Part shown: positions 13,576 to 23,373 of the stretch, piece after piece
Layout: every line of letters begins with the position of its first letter
Numbering within the stretch: the stretch's first letter is position 1
Virus record (IMG/VR): IMGVR_UViG_3300023174_000144
Span: 10,472 to 74,471 of that record
Strand: one strand, 5' to 3'
Length of the DNA: 64,000 nucleotides
Source: a virus
Taxonomy: Duplodnaviria > Caudoviricetes
Program-made: the position numbers and the translations under genes
The notes under the pieces: model-generated
What the model was told of the DNA's origin: nothing
The model's input: only the letters and a program-made list of their open reading frames with translations
The model's database searches: none

Positions 13576-14844
13576 ATGTCGAAAAATAGAGTAACATACA
13601 ATTGTCAAGGTATTTATATAGGTCCAAGCCCTAGTTCTGGAGATCATTTTATAGATGTTAATGGTAATTTAAACAATACGACAGATTACTCAACAGGTAA
13701 TTTTAATTTAATAAAAAGAATTTCAAGAGTCACTAATTTATCTTACCAAATAACTTTACCTAGAGAAGAAATAAAACAAATTGGAAAATCTACAATTGCT
13801 GCCCATCCAATTATTAATAATCCAAATATAGCATTAGATTTTGAATATTATCCTAATGGAATTGTAAATGAAGCAAGGCTTGGTTTTAATATAAATACTT
13901 TTGACAAGAATCTTAATAAAAATATATATCAAAATAATTTTGATGCATTTATTTTTTCTGGTTTAAATGTTTATCAAGAGAATATATTACCAACAGGAAG
14001 ACCATTTTGGCCAGGGAATAATCGTTCATGTAAAAATATTTTTGCAACTATAACAAAGCAAGATAATAAAGATGAAATTATAACTCATGATACTGGTAAA
14101 CAAATAAATTTTGTAGATAACAATGTAATTGCTTTTGGCGACGCTTATATAACGAATTATAGTACAACTTGCTCCGTTGGCAACCTACCGAAGGTAAATA
14201 CAAGTTTTATTTCTGATAATGTAGTTTTTTATACATCTTCAAGTGGACAATCTATTCCATCTATAAATCCAAAAAATGGTTTAAATTTTTCTGGAAAAAA
14301 ATTTGTTATTCCCAATGAAGCAGATGTACAAGATTTATTTGTAATTGCTCCTGGAGATATTACTGTTGATATACAAAAAACTGGAAATGGAACACAAACT
14401 TTAATGGATAATATTGCTGATCTTGGAATAAAATTTTCTGACATTAAATTGCAAAATTATTCAATCAATATTCCATTTGAAAGAGAAGACTTGAATTCTA
14501 TTGGATATAAAGCCCCAAGTATAAGAAGATTAAATTTTCCAGTTAAAGTAGATTTAAAATTTTCTGCTGTAGTAGGAGAAGAATCTAATGCAAATCTTAG
14601 AGATATTCTTATAAATGATGATAAATATAACATAACAATTAAAATGAAAAAAAATTCAAATCCAGAAATTATTCGTTATGATTTTAAAAATGCATTTCTA
14701 GAAAACTTCAATTACAATTCATCAGTAGGACAAAATAGAATTATTGATTTTTCATTAACCACATATTGCGCGCCAGATGATATTTCTCAAGGGTTTTTTA
14801 TAAGTGGAACAATCCCTAACGAAAACTCAACTATATCATATTAA
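13576..14844 (+). CDS. tail-tube-like paralog of 30902-31993
   Basis: MSKNRVTYNCQGIYIGPSPSSGDHF vs MARNRIIYQSEALYAGPSPATGDHF; collinear similarity to the C-terminus. Confidence 0.75.
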   Translation: MSKNRVTYNCQGIYIGPSPSSGDHFIDVNGNLNNTTDYSTGNFNLIKRISRVTNLSYQITLPREEIKQIGKSTIAAHPIINNPNIALDFEYYPNGIVNEARLGFNINTFDKNLNKNIYQNNFDAFIFSGLNVYQENILPTGRPFWPGNNRSCKNIFATITKQDNKDEIITHDTGKQINFVDNNVIAFGDAYITNYSTTCSVGNLPKVNTSFISDNVVFYTSSSGQSIPSINPKNGLNFSGKKFVIPNEADVQDLFVIAPGDITVDIQKTGNGTQTLMDNIADLGIKFSDIKLQNYSINIPFEREDLNSIGYKAPSIRRLNFPVKVDLKFSAVVGEESNANLRDILINDDKYNITIKMKKNSNPEIIRYDFKNAFLENFNYNSSVGQNRIIDFSLTTYCAPDDISQGFFISGTIPNENSTISY

Positions 14845-14893
14845 TTATTAGAATAATTAATTTTGTGTGAATATAATTATAGTGTAATATAAT

Positions 14894-15175
14894 ATGAAAA
14901 CTATGCTATCTAAAATATTTGGCCCAAATTGGAGATCTAGCTCATCTGGAATAGCTACAGTTGTAGCGGTTTGTACAGCAATAGCGATTCACTCTGATCC
15001 TTCATTAGTAGCTTTTCTTCCAGATAATGCAGAAGTTTATATTCTTGGAATTTCAAAATTAGTAGCAGTTGTTAGTGGAATTATCTTTGCACTTACAGTA
15101 AAAGATGCAGCAGTTACTGGCGGAACAGTGGCTCAAACAAACGAAGCAGAAAAAAGAACTGGAGAAAATATATGA
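14894..15175 (+). CDS. putative holin
   Basis: 93 aa, two TM segments, NWRSS..G N-terminus, at the start of the lysis cluster. Confidence 0.55.
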   Translation: MKTMLSKIFGPNWRSSSSGIATVVAVCTAIAIHSDPSLVAFLPDNAEVYILGISKLVAVVSGIIFALTVKDAAVTGGTVAQTNEAEKRTGENI

Positions 15176-15621
15176 ATAAATTAAATCTAATTGCAGTTGC
15201 TCTTTTGAGCGTATTTCTTGGTGCTTGTGCCACAACCCCAACTGGTCAAGTTGATCCAGCAACAAGTGTTTCAAATGCTCTGCCTTATGTTAAACCAGCA
15301 GTTGTGTTAGCTTGTACTGTTGTTCTTGATCAAGCTGTTTCTGGTGATGATAGAATAGAAAAAGCCAAAATGATTAATCATGTAGCTACAATAGTAGAAG
15401 GATTAACAGTTGGAACTGCACCAACTCCAGAGCAACTTCAAAAAGCTCTTAATAATTATCTTCCATCTGAGAAAACTCATTGGGTAAATTATGTAAGCGT
15501 AATTAAAGATATTTACGCTCAACAATTCGCTAGAATAGATGGAAACACAGCACTTGCAATTAAAGTACTTAATGCTATTGCATCTGGATGTAAAGATGCT
15601 ACAGCAAGTTACGTAGAGTAA
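15172..15621 (+). CDS. lipoprotein
   Basis: Signal peptide with lipobox FLGA-C. Confidence 0.7.
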   Translation: MNKLNLIAVALLSVFLGACATTPTGQVDPATSVSNALPYVKPAVVLACTVVLDQAVSGDDRIEKAKMINHVATIVEGLTVGTAPTPEQLQKALNNYLPSEKTHWVNYVSVIKDIYAQQFARIDGNTALAIKVLNAIASGCKDATASYVE

Positions 15622-15623
15622 TC

Positions 15624-15824
15624 ATGCCAACTGGAATACTCCAAGCTTTACTTTCGGCAGTATCTGGAATATTCTCAGCAATTAATAATGTATTTGGTGC
15701 GAAGAATACAAAAGAAATGAAAGAGCGTCAAGAGGCTCAAAAAGAAGTTAATCATCAAAGTGAAATAGAAAAAGAAGTACAGGAGAAAAATCTTGAAGAA
15801 ATTCGTAAGCGCATTAGTTCTTAA
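15624..15824 (+). CDS. putative i-spanin-like protein
   Basis: N-terminal hydrophobic helix plus charged coiled coil; overlaps the downstream lipoprotein. Confidence 0.45.
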   Translation: MPTGILQALLSAVSGIFSAINNVFGAKNTKEMKERQEAQKEVNHQSEIEKEVQEKNLEEIRKRISS

Positions 15825-16209
15825 TCTCATTATAATTGGTTGTGCTACTGTGACCCCAAATAAAATAGAAGATGATAAATCTTCATATGATGCAAGTACT
15901 CCAAAGCAATATCAAAAAGATAATGGTGGATTAATTTGTTTTGTTGGAGATGATGCTTTAATTACTTCACAAGCGCGCGAGAGATATAATAATTTAATTA
16001 AAATGTATAGAATCAAATTCAAAAAAGAAAAAGCAATTGATCTAGTTGAAGATTCTGGAATTAAACCTTATAAGGATACTTTCGGTAATGAATTGTTTTT
16101 AATTGATAGCGAGCATCTTGTTTATTTTGGTGTTATGAACTCTTGGCTAAAAGAAAAAGTCCCAGCAGATAATATTATAGATAAAACAATAGATAAAATA
16201 AATAATTAA
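15793..16209 (+). CDS. lipoprotein, putative o-spanin-like
   Basis: Lipobox IIIG-C; 32-nt overlap with the upstream gene, as in Rz/Rz1-type pairs. Confidence 0.5.
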   Translation: MKKFVSALVLNLIIIGCATVTPNKIEDDKSSYDASTPKQYQKDNGGLICFVGDDALITSQARERYNNLIKMYRIKFKKEKAIDLVEDSGIKPYKDTFGNELFLIDSEHLVYFGVMNSWLKEKVPADNIIDKTIDKINN

Positions 16210-16210
16210 A

Positions 16211-16882
16211 ATGGGCAAATTAATTTCTAGTAAAAGATATTTGTATATTGCTAATGGCGCAGGATTATCTCCAAACATTAATGGATTAAGATTTTATGAT
16301 AGTGGATTAATACAGCTTGGCATACCTATTTATTATGATGAAACAAATACTTATAAACTAAGATCGTTGGCTGGGCTTTGGGGGTTATCAAGAATTGATA
16401 ACACGATAGGTGATTTTGTCCGATTTAATAGTTCAATATTAGGAGATTACACTGCCGCAAATGGATGGTCTGGAACACTTACAATATCTGAATATAAAAA
16501 TAAAATTTCAATTAAAAAACAAAATCTTGGTGGTGGAAAAATAATTGCACCACGAAAAAGTAAATATGAATTAATTCTAACAATTTCTCCAACAAATGAA
16601 GTATATAAGATATATACTGATAATATTGATCCAATGGGTTTTTACGGGCGAACATCTAAAAATGAATATAACATTGACATTGTAAAAGACGACGGATCGT
16701 ATTGGTACGTGCATTTTAGAAATATAAACGATGGAGATTATTGTAATTCATTTGGAACATCCGACAATGACCAAGAAGATTTTAGAGATGTTAATTGGGA
16801 TATTTATTATTATAAATATCAGAATGGATGTCCCAATTTAAATTATACGAGATTAGATATAATAATTAATCAAAGATATTAA
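16211..16882 (+). CDS. hypothetical, probably virion-associated
   Basis: 223-aa ORF in the late operon; KISIKKQNLGGGKI motif. Confidence 0.65.
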   Translation: MGKLISSKRYLYIANGAGLSPNINGLRFYDSGLIQLGIPIYYDETNTYKLRSLAGLWGLSRIDNTIGDFVRFNSSILGDYTAANGWSGTLTISEYKNKISIKKQNLGGGKIIAPRKSKYELILTISPTNEVYKIYTDNIDPMGFYGRTSKNEYNIDIVKDDGSYWYVHFRNINDGDYCNSFGTSDNDQEDFRDVNWDIYYYKYQNGCPNLNYTRLDIIINQRY

Positions 16883-16884
16883 CT

Positions 16885-17571
16885 ATGCTCTCAAAAAAAT
16901 CCTTAGATCTTATTCTCGAATTTGAAGTTGGCGGTGGTCAAAACTATTATAATAAATTTTTAAAAAATCCAACATGGCCAGGAGAGCAAAGTGGAGTTAC
17001 AATTGGTGTTGGTTATGATCTAGGATATGTAAATAAAACTGAATTCACAAATGATTGGAAAGATCTTCCTCAAAAAGATTTTGATAGATTATACAAAGTA
17101 GTTGGAATAAAAGGAATAGCTGCAAAAGATCTTATTAGAGGATTAAGAGATATAGTTATTCTTTGGGAATTATCTTTGCAAGTCTTCAATAATAAAACTG
17201 TAGCTAAATTTTACAACTTAACAAAAGACACTTTTCCTAACTTTGATAATCTTCCAGAAGATGCAAAAGGTGGATTGGTTAGTCTTGTATTTAATAGAGG
17301 AGCAGCTTTAGAAGGTGATCGTCGCCGTGAAATGAAGTTAATAAGAGATGGCATGAAATTAGTATATAATTATGATCAAAAAGCATTAACATTTATAGCT
17401 AATCAAATAAGAAACATGAAAAGAATATGGATTGGTGGAAGCATAGAAAAAGGAATGAGTAGAAGAAGAGACGCAGAAGCTAAATTAATAGAAGAATCAT
17501 TAATAACATCTCCAATTAATAAATTAGAACAATCTGATAAAGCTATAAAAGAAGTTTTTAAAAATTTGTAA
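16885..17571 (+). CDS. endolysin, pesticin/T4-lysozyme-like muramidase
   Basis: LILEFEVGGG...SGVTIGVGYDLG...LVSLVFNRG...RRRDAEAKL. Confidence 0.85.
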   Translation: MLSKKSLDLILEFEVGGGQNYYNKFLKNPTWPGEQSGVTIGVGYDLGYVNKTEFTNDWKDLPQKDFDRLYKVVGIKGIAAKDLIRGLRDIVILWELSLQVFNNKTVAKFYNLTKDTFPNFDNLPEDAKGGLVSLVFNRGAALEGDRRREMKLIRDGMKLVYNYDQKALTFIANQIRNMKRIWIGGSIEKGMSRRRDAEAKLIEESLITSPINKLEQSDKAIKEVFKNL

Positions 17572-17588
17572 TAGTGTAAATTTATATT

Positions 17589-18416
17589 ATGGGTAATTTA
17601 TCTTGCAGATCAGGTCCTGGAAAAATAGATTTCAAAAAATCAATAGGATTAGGGTCTATATATGGTATTTTATTTACTGTTCGATCGCTATCTAATTTAG
17701 AACTTTGGTTGAAAGGTGATACTGGAATAATTTTAAATGGTAGTTCTAGAGTCACAACATGGCAAGATCAAAGCGGCAATAATAGACATTTTGTTGATAG
17801 ATCAACCATAGGAATTGGAGGATCTTATGTTTTACCAACTGTTGTTGGAAATACTTTAAAATTTACTGCTAGTAGTACTTATTCTTCTCCAACTGCGACA
17901 GTATTAGCTTGTGCAAGTTCTTCTTTGAATTTAACAACTCCATATACTATATTTGTAGTTGCTAGAGGAAGAAATGGAGCAATAATATCTAAAAGTACGG
18001 AAGATCAAAAAAGAAGAAAAACACAAATATCAATGGATGATGCTGGAGTAGTATTTTCTTTTGAATCTTATGGTGTTGCGGCTGATACTGGAATTACTTA
18101 TACAACTGGCACAGGATTAAATTTAAATACTAAAAGATTAATAGCCGCGAGATATAACTCTAATACTTCTAGAGAATTAAGATATAATGGAGTTCTTGTA
18201 AATACATCAAGTGCAGAAGCAGGTTTGCAGTATACAAATTCTGCTCCAGTTTATATTGGAGCATCACCATTTTCATATGGAAATAATCCTAGTTATAATG
18301 CAGAAGCATGTTTAGAAACTTATATTTATGAAATAATTTTATATGGTAGATCTTTAAGTAATACTGAAGTATCAAAAGTAGAATCTTATTTGAATCAAAA
18401 ATATACAATTTATTAA
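17589..18416 (+). CDS. LamG/concanavalin-like domain virion protein
   Basis: LELWLKGDTG...VTTWQDQSGNNRH...YEIILYGRSLSNTEVSKVESYLNQKY. Confidence 0.75.
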   Translation: MGNLSCRSGPGKIDFKKSIGLGSIYGILFTVRSLSNLELWLKGDTGIILNGSSRVTTWQDQSGNNRHFVDRSTIGIGGSYVLPTVVGNTLKFTASSTYSSPTATVLACASSSLNLTTPYTIFVVARGRNGAIISKSTEDQKRRKTQISMDDAGVVFSFESYGVAADTGITYTTGTGLNLNTKRLIAARYNSNTSRELRYNGVLVNTSSAEAGLQYTNSAPVYIGASPFSYGNNPSYNAEACLETYIYEIILYGRSLSNTEVSKVESYLNQKYTIY

Positions 18417-18435
18417 AATGTGTAATTAAGATATA

Positions 18436-18585
18436 ATGAAAAAAATAATATTAATACTACCATTATTTTTATTAATATCTTGTTCTGAGCAGAATTTTGA
18501 AAGTAGGGAATTACCTACAAAATATCCAGAAACTCCAACTATGGGTAATGCAGATGATGCAACAAAAGGCACTTTAAATCCTTAA
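18436..18585 (+). CDS. small lipoprotein (49 aa, not in ORF track)
   Basis: MKKIILILPLFLLIS-C lipobox; own GTGTAA motif. Confidence 0.7.
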   Translation: MKKIILILPLFLLISCSEQNFESRELPTKYPETPTMGNADDATKGTLNP

Positions 18586-18627
18586 TTTTAATTCGATTTA
18601 ATTGTCTCTTAGGTGTATATTATATAA

Positions 18628-19215
18628 ATGAGTATAGACAATCCCGATAATTTCGGCTTTGAACCCATAGAAGCCGCTAGAAGTGGTCCAAAATCATCTG
18701 CTCAAACTCCCGCTAAACCTAGCGAAAAAAGAAAAGGATCGTCTAAAAATAAACCTGGAAGTGCTGGTACAAAAAGTGATAAAGCTATTGACTTTTCTAA
18801 AAAAGTAATAGAAGCTCTTAAAAATAAAGTTAAAGAGCACAATAGTAAAAGCAAAAAGAAGGTCACTTTAGGTCAATTAAAAAAAGTATATCGTCGTGGC
18901 GCAGGAGCATTCTCCTCTTCTCATCGCCCAGGAAAAACTCGTGGACAATGGGCAATGGCTAGAGTAAATATGTTTTTAAAAATGGTTGGTGGCGGAAAAG
19001 TTAAAGACTCCTATCGTAAAGCTGATAGTGATGTTGCTAGAGCCTCTATTAAAGACTATGAAATCGATACATCTTTTGAGCCAACAGATGAAGACTTTAT
19101 TCAAGCAGATGAAGATATTAAAAATTTTGAATTAAATGATTTTGAATTTGATAGCATAGAAGAACTTTATCTTGATGATGAGAGTGACGGTCAAATATAT
19201 GGCTTTGAATTATAA
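18628..19215 (+). CDS. head-region protein with DUF5824-like domain
   Basis: LKKVYRRGAGAFSSSHRPGKTRGQWAMARVNMFL; basic N-terminus and acidic C-terminus. Confidence 0.65.
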   Translation: MSIDNPDNFGFEPIEAARSGPKSSAQTPAKPSEKRKGSSKNKPGSAGTKSDKAIDFSKKVIEALKNKVKEHNSKSKKKVTLGQLKKVYRRGAGAFSSSHRPGKTRGQWAMARVNMFLKMVGGGKVKDSYRKADSDVARASIKDYEIDTSFEPTDEDFIQADEDIKNFELNDFEFDSIEELYLDDESDGQIYGFEL

Positions 19216-19226
19216 AGGATAAATAT

Positions 19227-20753
19227 ATGGAAACAAAATATACAACAATTTTTAGCGCAGAATTAAAATGCATAGTTTCTGAAGAAAAAGATTTGCATCT
19301 TAGTCTTGCTTCATTAGAAAGTCTCAGAGAATTTTTACCAGAGATTGATACAGAAAAAAATATTGATCTTCTTCCAATTTCTACTAATGCTTTTGTTGCT
19401 GGTAGAGTAAATCGTAATGGAGATGTTATAGATAATAAAACAGCAGTAGAGATTGCTAAACATTTTATTAACAAGCCAATTAATCTTGAGCACAATAGAA
19501 ATCAAGTTATTGGTTGCATTTTAAATTATGGATTTAATACATTTGGCACAGAAGAAACGATAACAGAAGAGCAAGCCTTGAATTCTAAAGATCCATTTAA
19601 TGTAACTCTCGGTGGAGTAGTTTGGAAAGTTGTTAATAAAGATATTGCTAATCTTATCGAAGAGAGCAATGATCCTTCTAGTCCAAATTATATGTCTGTA
19701 AGTTCTAGCTGGGAACTCGGCTTTAATGATTATAATCTAGTTTTATTAGATAATGAACAAAAGAATATTATGGATGGAACTATCGTACAAGATGCAGAAC
19801 AAATTGATAAACTTAAGAGTAAATTAAGATCATTTGGCGGCTCTGGTAGAATGAACGATAAGCAAAAGATTTATAGATTAGTAGTTGGAAATATCATACC
19901 ACTAGGTATAGGACTAACTGGAACTCCAGCAGCAGATGTAGTAGGAGTAGCAGTAGAAGAGAAGGAAAAAGACCTATCTAGCGTTATGGCTACAGAGGCA
20001 ACGGAAATTAATATTTCACAAAATGAAGATTTAAATGTAAATTCAACTAAGGATACTAATAATATTATGAAAATAACCAAAATTGAAGATATTACAGCAG
20101 AGACTCTTAAAGAGATTCAAGCTTCCCAAGTTGCAGAATTTATCTCAGAAGAAATTAAAAAAGCTTCTGAGGCTTTTGATCTTGAAAGAAAAGAAAAAGA
20201 AGAAGCAATTAAATCTACTAACGAAAAGTATGAAGTTCTCACAAAAGACTATACCTCAATGAAAGAAGAGCTAGAAAAAGTTAAAAACTCTCTAGCTGGA
20301 CTTGAAGAGGAAAAAGTTGCTAAGATCCGTGAAGAAGTTTTCAATGTTCGTATGGCCTCATTTGATGAGGAATATGAACTATCTGATGAGGATCGTCAAA
20401 TTCTCGCTTCAGACATCAAAGATTTAAATGACGAAACTTTTGCTGCTTATAAAAATAAGATGACAGTCCTTATGAAAGAAAAAAATAAGGCTGCTAAAAA
20501 AGCAAAAATGGATAAAGAAGATATCAAAGACAAAGGTGTTGATGAATCTAAAGAAGATAAAAATGGTAAAATCATTAAATCTTCCATAACTGAACTCAAG
20601 GCTTCCGAAGAAGCCAAAGAAGTAGTCAATCAAGCTTTAGACAATGGCATCCAGCAAGTAACTGATGTTCCTGCTACTGCCACTGCTAATGAACCTTCCT
20701 TGTACGAAAGGTACAAGAAAGCCTTTAGCATTGAAGGTTTCAATGTATCATAA
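19227..20753 (+). CDS. prohead protease fused to scaffold
   Basis: NRNGD, PINLEHNR and SSSWELGF protease motifs followed by a long coiled coil; upstream of the capsid genes. Confidence 0.8.
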   Translation: METKYTTIFSAELKCIVSEEKDLHLSLASLESLREFLPEIDTEKNIDLLPISTNAFVAGRVNRNGDVIDNKTAVEIAKHFINKPINLEHNRNQVIGCILNYGFNTFGTEETITEEQALNSKDPFNVTLGGVVWKVVNKDIANLIEESNDPSSPNYMSVSSSWELGFNDYNLVLLDNEQKNIMDGTIVQDAEQIDKLKSKLRSFGGSGRMNDKQKIYRLVVGNIIPLGIGLTGTPAADVVGVAVEEKEKDLSSVMATEATEINISQNEDLNVNSTKDTNNIMKITKIEDITAETLKEIQASQVAEFISEEIKKASEAFDLERKEKEEAIKSTNEKYEVLTKDYTSMKEELEKVKNSLAGLEEEKVAKIREEVFNVRMASFDEEYELSDEDRQILASDIKDLNDETFAAYKNKMTVLMKEKNKAAKKAKMDKEDIKDKGVDESKEDKNGKIIKSSITELKASEEAKEVVNQALDNGIQQVTDVPATATANEPSLYERYKKAFSIEGFNVS

Positions 20754-20772
20754 AAAATAGGAGATAAAAAAT

Positions 20773-21348
20773 ATGGCATACGTATCAACAACAAAACTAA
20801 TCAAGCCATTTCGCGATTATGATGAGCATAATGTCATCAATTTATTCGCATTTGATGGCACAGCCAACAAAGGAACACTTGTAAAAGTTAGTACTGGTTG
20901 GAGTAATACAGACGCTAACGGTGGCATTACCCCAGTTGCAAATCCACATGCTGCAACTTTTAATGGCACAGTTAGTCAATATCACGTTTTAACACCACGC
21001 GTTTTAGATGCTGGAACAGGAGATGCACCAATCGGCATTCTTTTGAATGACGTTAGACTAACCGACGAAAACGGTGAGTTTCTAATATACAAACCAGCTA
21101 AAGCTGCAGAACTCGGAGCAGTAGCTTCTGGTCAAGCAGTTCCAATTCTAACAAGAGGAACGGTTCTTTATGCTGCTAACGCAATCACAGCAGGCATGGT
21201 CGCTGTAAGTGCTGCAAATGGTACAATCACTGGTTATACCGATGCAAATCTTCCAGGTGCTAACACACTAGCTCAACGCAAAGTTGTCGGAAGATGGCTT
21301 GGCGCAACCGATAGTGATGGTTACGCTTTACTAAAATTAGATATCTAA
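20773..21348 (+). CDS. capsid decoration/cement protein
   Basis: Lies between scaffold and major capsid; PIGILLNDV and QAVPILTRG motifs. Confidence 0.65.
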   Translation: MAYVSTTKLIKPFRDYDEHNVINLFAFDGTANKGTLVKVSTGWSNTDANGGITPVANPHAATFNGTVSQYHVLTPRVLDAGTGDAPIGILLNDVRLTDENGEFLIYKPAKAAELGAVASGQAVPILTRGTVLYAANAITAGMVAVSAANGTITGYTDANLPGANTLAQRKVVGRWLGATDSDGYALLKLDI

Positions 21349-21369
21349 TTTTATAAGGAGAAAAATTAA

Positions 21370-22524
21370 ATGAAATTAAAATTAAAAAATACACCAGAAC
21401 AAGTTGAACTCATCAAAGCTATGGGTTCCAGAAATGGTACAGAAAGCCGCGAAGCTCTAGAAGCTTTTGCAGCTTTTGTTGGACCAGTCGTTCAAAAGGT
21501 TCTTAACGAAAGTGCTCTCTCTTCTGCCCTCTATACTGATATGGCATATGATGAAGATGATAGTCCTTCTATCCCTCTTGATCTATACTACAACGAAGAT
21601 ACAGGATTAATCTCTGTATGGAGTCAAAATGTAGCAGGTGGCATGCCAACTTCTACAGTTGACGTTCCAGTACAAGAAATGAAATTCAGTACCTATCGTT
21701 TGGATAGTGCTGTTTCTTTCAATAAGAAATATGCTCGCAAGAGCCGTCTTGATGTAGTAAGCAAAGCTATCGAGCGCATGACCCAAGAGGTTCTTGTAAA
21801 ACAAGAGCGTAATGCTTGGTCAGTTGTTCTAAAAGCTGTTGCTGAAGCTGCAACAAAGAATGGTAAAGCTGCTTCTGTAGGTTCTACAGGATCTCTTCGT
21901 CATCTAGTTGATGGAGCTGCAACTGCGGCTGCTTTCACATTAGCAGATCTAAACAGGCTTGTAACTCGCATGAAAAGAATCAGTCAAGGTTTTGCAGGTG
22001 GCACAGCTGCTGAAACTCGCGGAGTAACAGATATTTTTGTTAGTCCAGAAGTTAAAGCTGCTATCAGAGCATTTGCTTATAACCCAATCTTCCCAGTATC
22101 TGGAACTGCTCAAAGCTCAGTACCAAATAGTGTTCGTGAAGACATCTATCGCGGTGCAGGCACAGAAGAAATTTATGGTATAACAATCAATGAATTGCTT
22201 GAACTTGGCCTAAACCAAAGATACAATACTCTATTCAGTAACGTATTTAATAATGCCACTGCACCAAGTGGCGATTCTGATGGTTACTATAATGGTAGTG
22301 GTTTCGCTACAGCTTCACAAGAATTAATCGTCGCAGTTGACGGAACTCGTGATGCATTTGTGCGCCCAGTAGCTCGTCAAGCCGAGAGCGGTGGTCAATT
22401 TGTTGTCCTACCAGACGACCAATTCTACGCTGCTCGCCAAGACAAGACAGGCTTCTACGGATTCGTAGAAGAAGGTCGTGTTTGCTTGGATGCTCGCGCA
22501 GTAGGCGGAATTGTACTAGGCTAA
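21370..22524 (+). CDS. major capsid protein (HK97 fold)
   Basis: 384 aa, synteny, highly biased codon usage, strong terminator downstream. Confidence 0.85.
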   Translation: MKLKLKNTPEQVELIKAMGSRNGTESREALEAFAAFVGPVVQKVLNESALSSALYTDMAYDEDDSPSIPLDLYYNEDTGLISVWSQNVAGGMPTSTVDVPVQEMKFSTYRLDSAVSFNKKYARKSRLDVVSKAIERMTQEVLVKQERNAWSVVLKAVAEAATKNGKAASVGSTGSLRHLVDGAATAAAFTLADLNRLVTRMKRISQGFAGGTAAETRGVTDIFVSPEVKAAIRAFAYNPIFPVSGTAQSSVPNSVREDIYRGAGTEEIYGITINELLELGLNQRYNTLFSNVFNNATAPSGDSDGYYNGSGFATASQELIVAVDGTRDAFVRPVARQAESGGQFVVLPDDQFYAARQDKTGFYGFVEEGRVCLDARAVGGIVLG

Positions 22525-22543
22525 TTCTGATACAATCAGTCAT

Positions 22544-22584
22544 GAAAACCCTCAAGGTAAATCCTTGGGGGTTTTCTTTTTTTT
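22544..22584 (+). terminator. Rho-independent terminator after the major capsid gene
   Basis: GAAAACCCTCAAGG-taaat-CCTTGGGGGTTTTC followed by a T run. Confidence 0.85.
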
Positions 22585-22630
22585 AGAAAAGGGTATAGTT
22601 AATCAATATAATAAGGTTAAAGGCAAAAAT

Positions 22631-22978
22631 ATGGCAAAAAAGAAATTAAAATTAAACGATCTTCATCAAGCTCATGGTAAAGATGAAAGCAAAGAAACAG
22701 TTCAAAGTCTAGATCAATTATGGGGTGACGATGGTCTTTCAAAATATAAGACTTTAGATGTTGTTGAATATACTCAAAATCTTGCAGAAATGAATAAAAG
22801 CGATCTTCAAAATCATGCTGCAAAATTAGGTCTTGTACCAATTGATAGTAGAGAAATTCTTGTTAAAAGACTAGTTGCAGAATTTAAAAAGCACGTTACA
22901 AAATATCAACCAGTTCGCAAGCAAGAAAACGTAGACGAAAGCAAAGAAGCTAAAGTAAGAAAATTATTATCAGAATAA
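22631..22978 (+). CDS. hypothetical head-associated protein
   Basis: Start moved to MAKKK (22631), since the track start lies inside the terminator. Confidence 0.75.
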   Translation: MAKKKLKLNDLHQAHGKDESKETVQSLDQLWGDDGLSKYKTLDVVEYTQNLAEMNKSDLQNHAAKLGLVPIDSREILVKRLVAEFKKHVTKYQPVRKQENVDESKEAKVRKLLSE

Positions 22979-23024
22979 TTTAGATTAATTCTGATTAATT
23001 TTTCTGCCATGTGTAATTATTACT

Positions 23025-23369
23025 ATGGCAACAAGTTATAATATATCCACATATCAAGGCGATTTCTTACAAGCATCTTTATCAATAAAAGACTCTAATA
23101 ATAATCTTATTAATTTAAGCGGATATGATGTAAGAGGTCAAGTTAGAGTTAGTTATGGCTCTACTGGAGTTTTATTAAATTTAAATCCAGTTATAACAAG
23201 TTATGTTTCTGGACTAATAAATATTAACATATCTTCAAATACAACGCAAGATCTTCCAGTAGGAATGTATGTTTATGATATAGAAAGATTTCCTTCTGGT
23301 ATAGCTACAGGAAATAGCATCAAATTAATGGTTGGAAAATTTATAGTAAGCCCAGAAACTACGAGATAA
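23025..23369 (+). CDS. BppU-N-like Ig-fold fibre adaptor
   Basis: YNISTYQGDF...IKDSNNNLINLSGYDVRGQVR...YVYDIE...LMVGKFIVSPETTR. Confidence 0.7.
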   Translation: MATSYNISTYQGDFLQASLSIKDSNNNLINLSGYDVRGQVRVSYGSTGVLLNLNPVITSYVSGLININISSNTTQDLPVGMYVYDIERFPSGIATGNSIKLMVGKFIVSPETTR

Positions 23370-23373
23370 TAAA

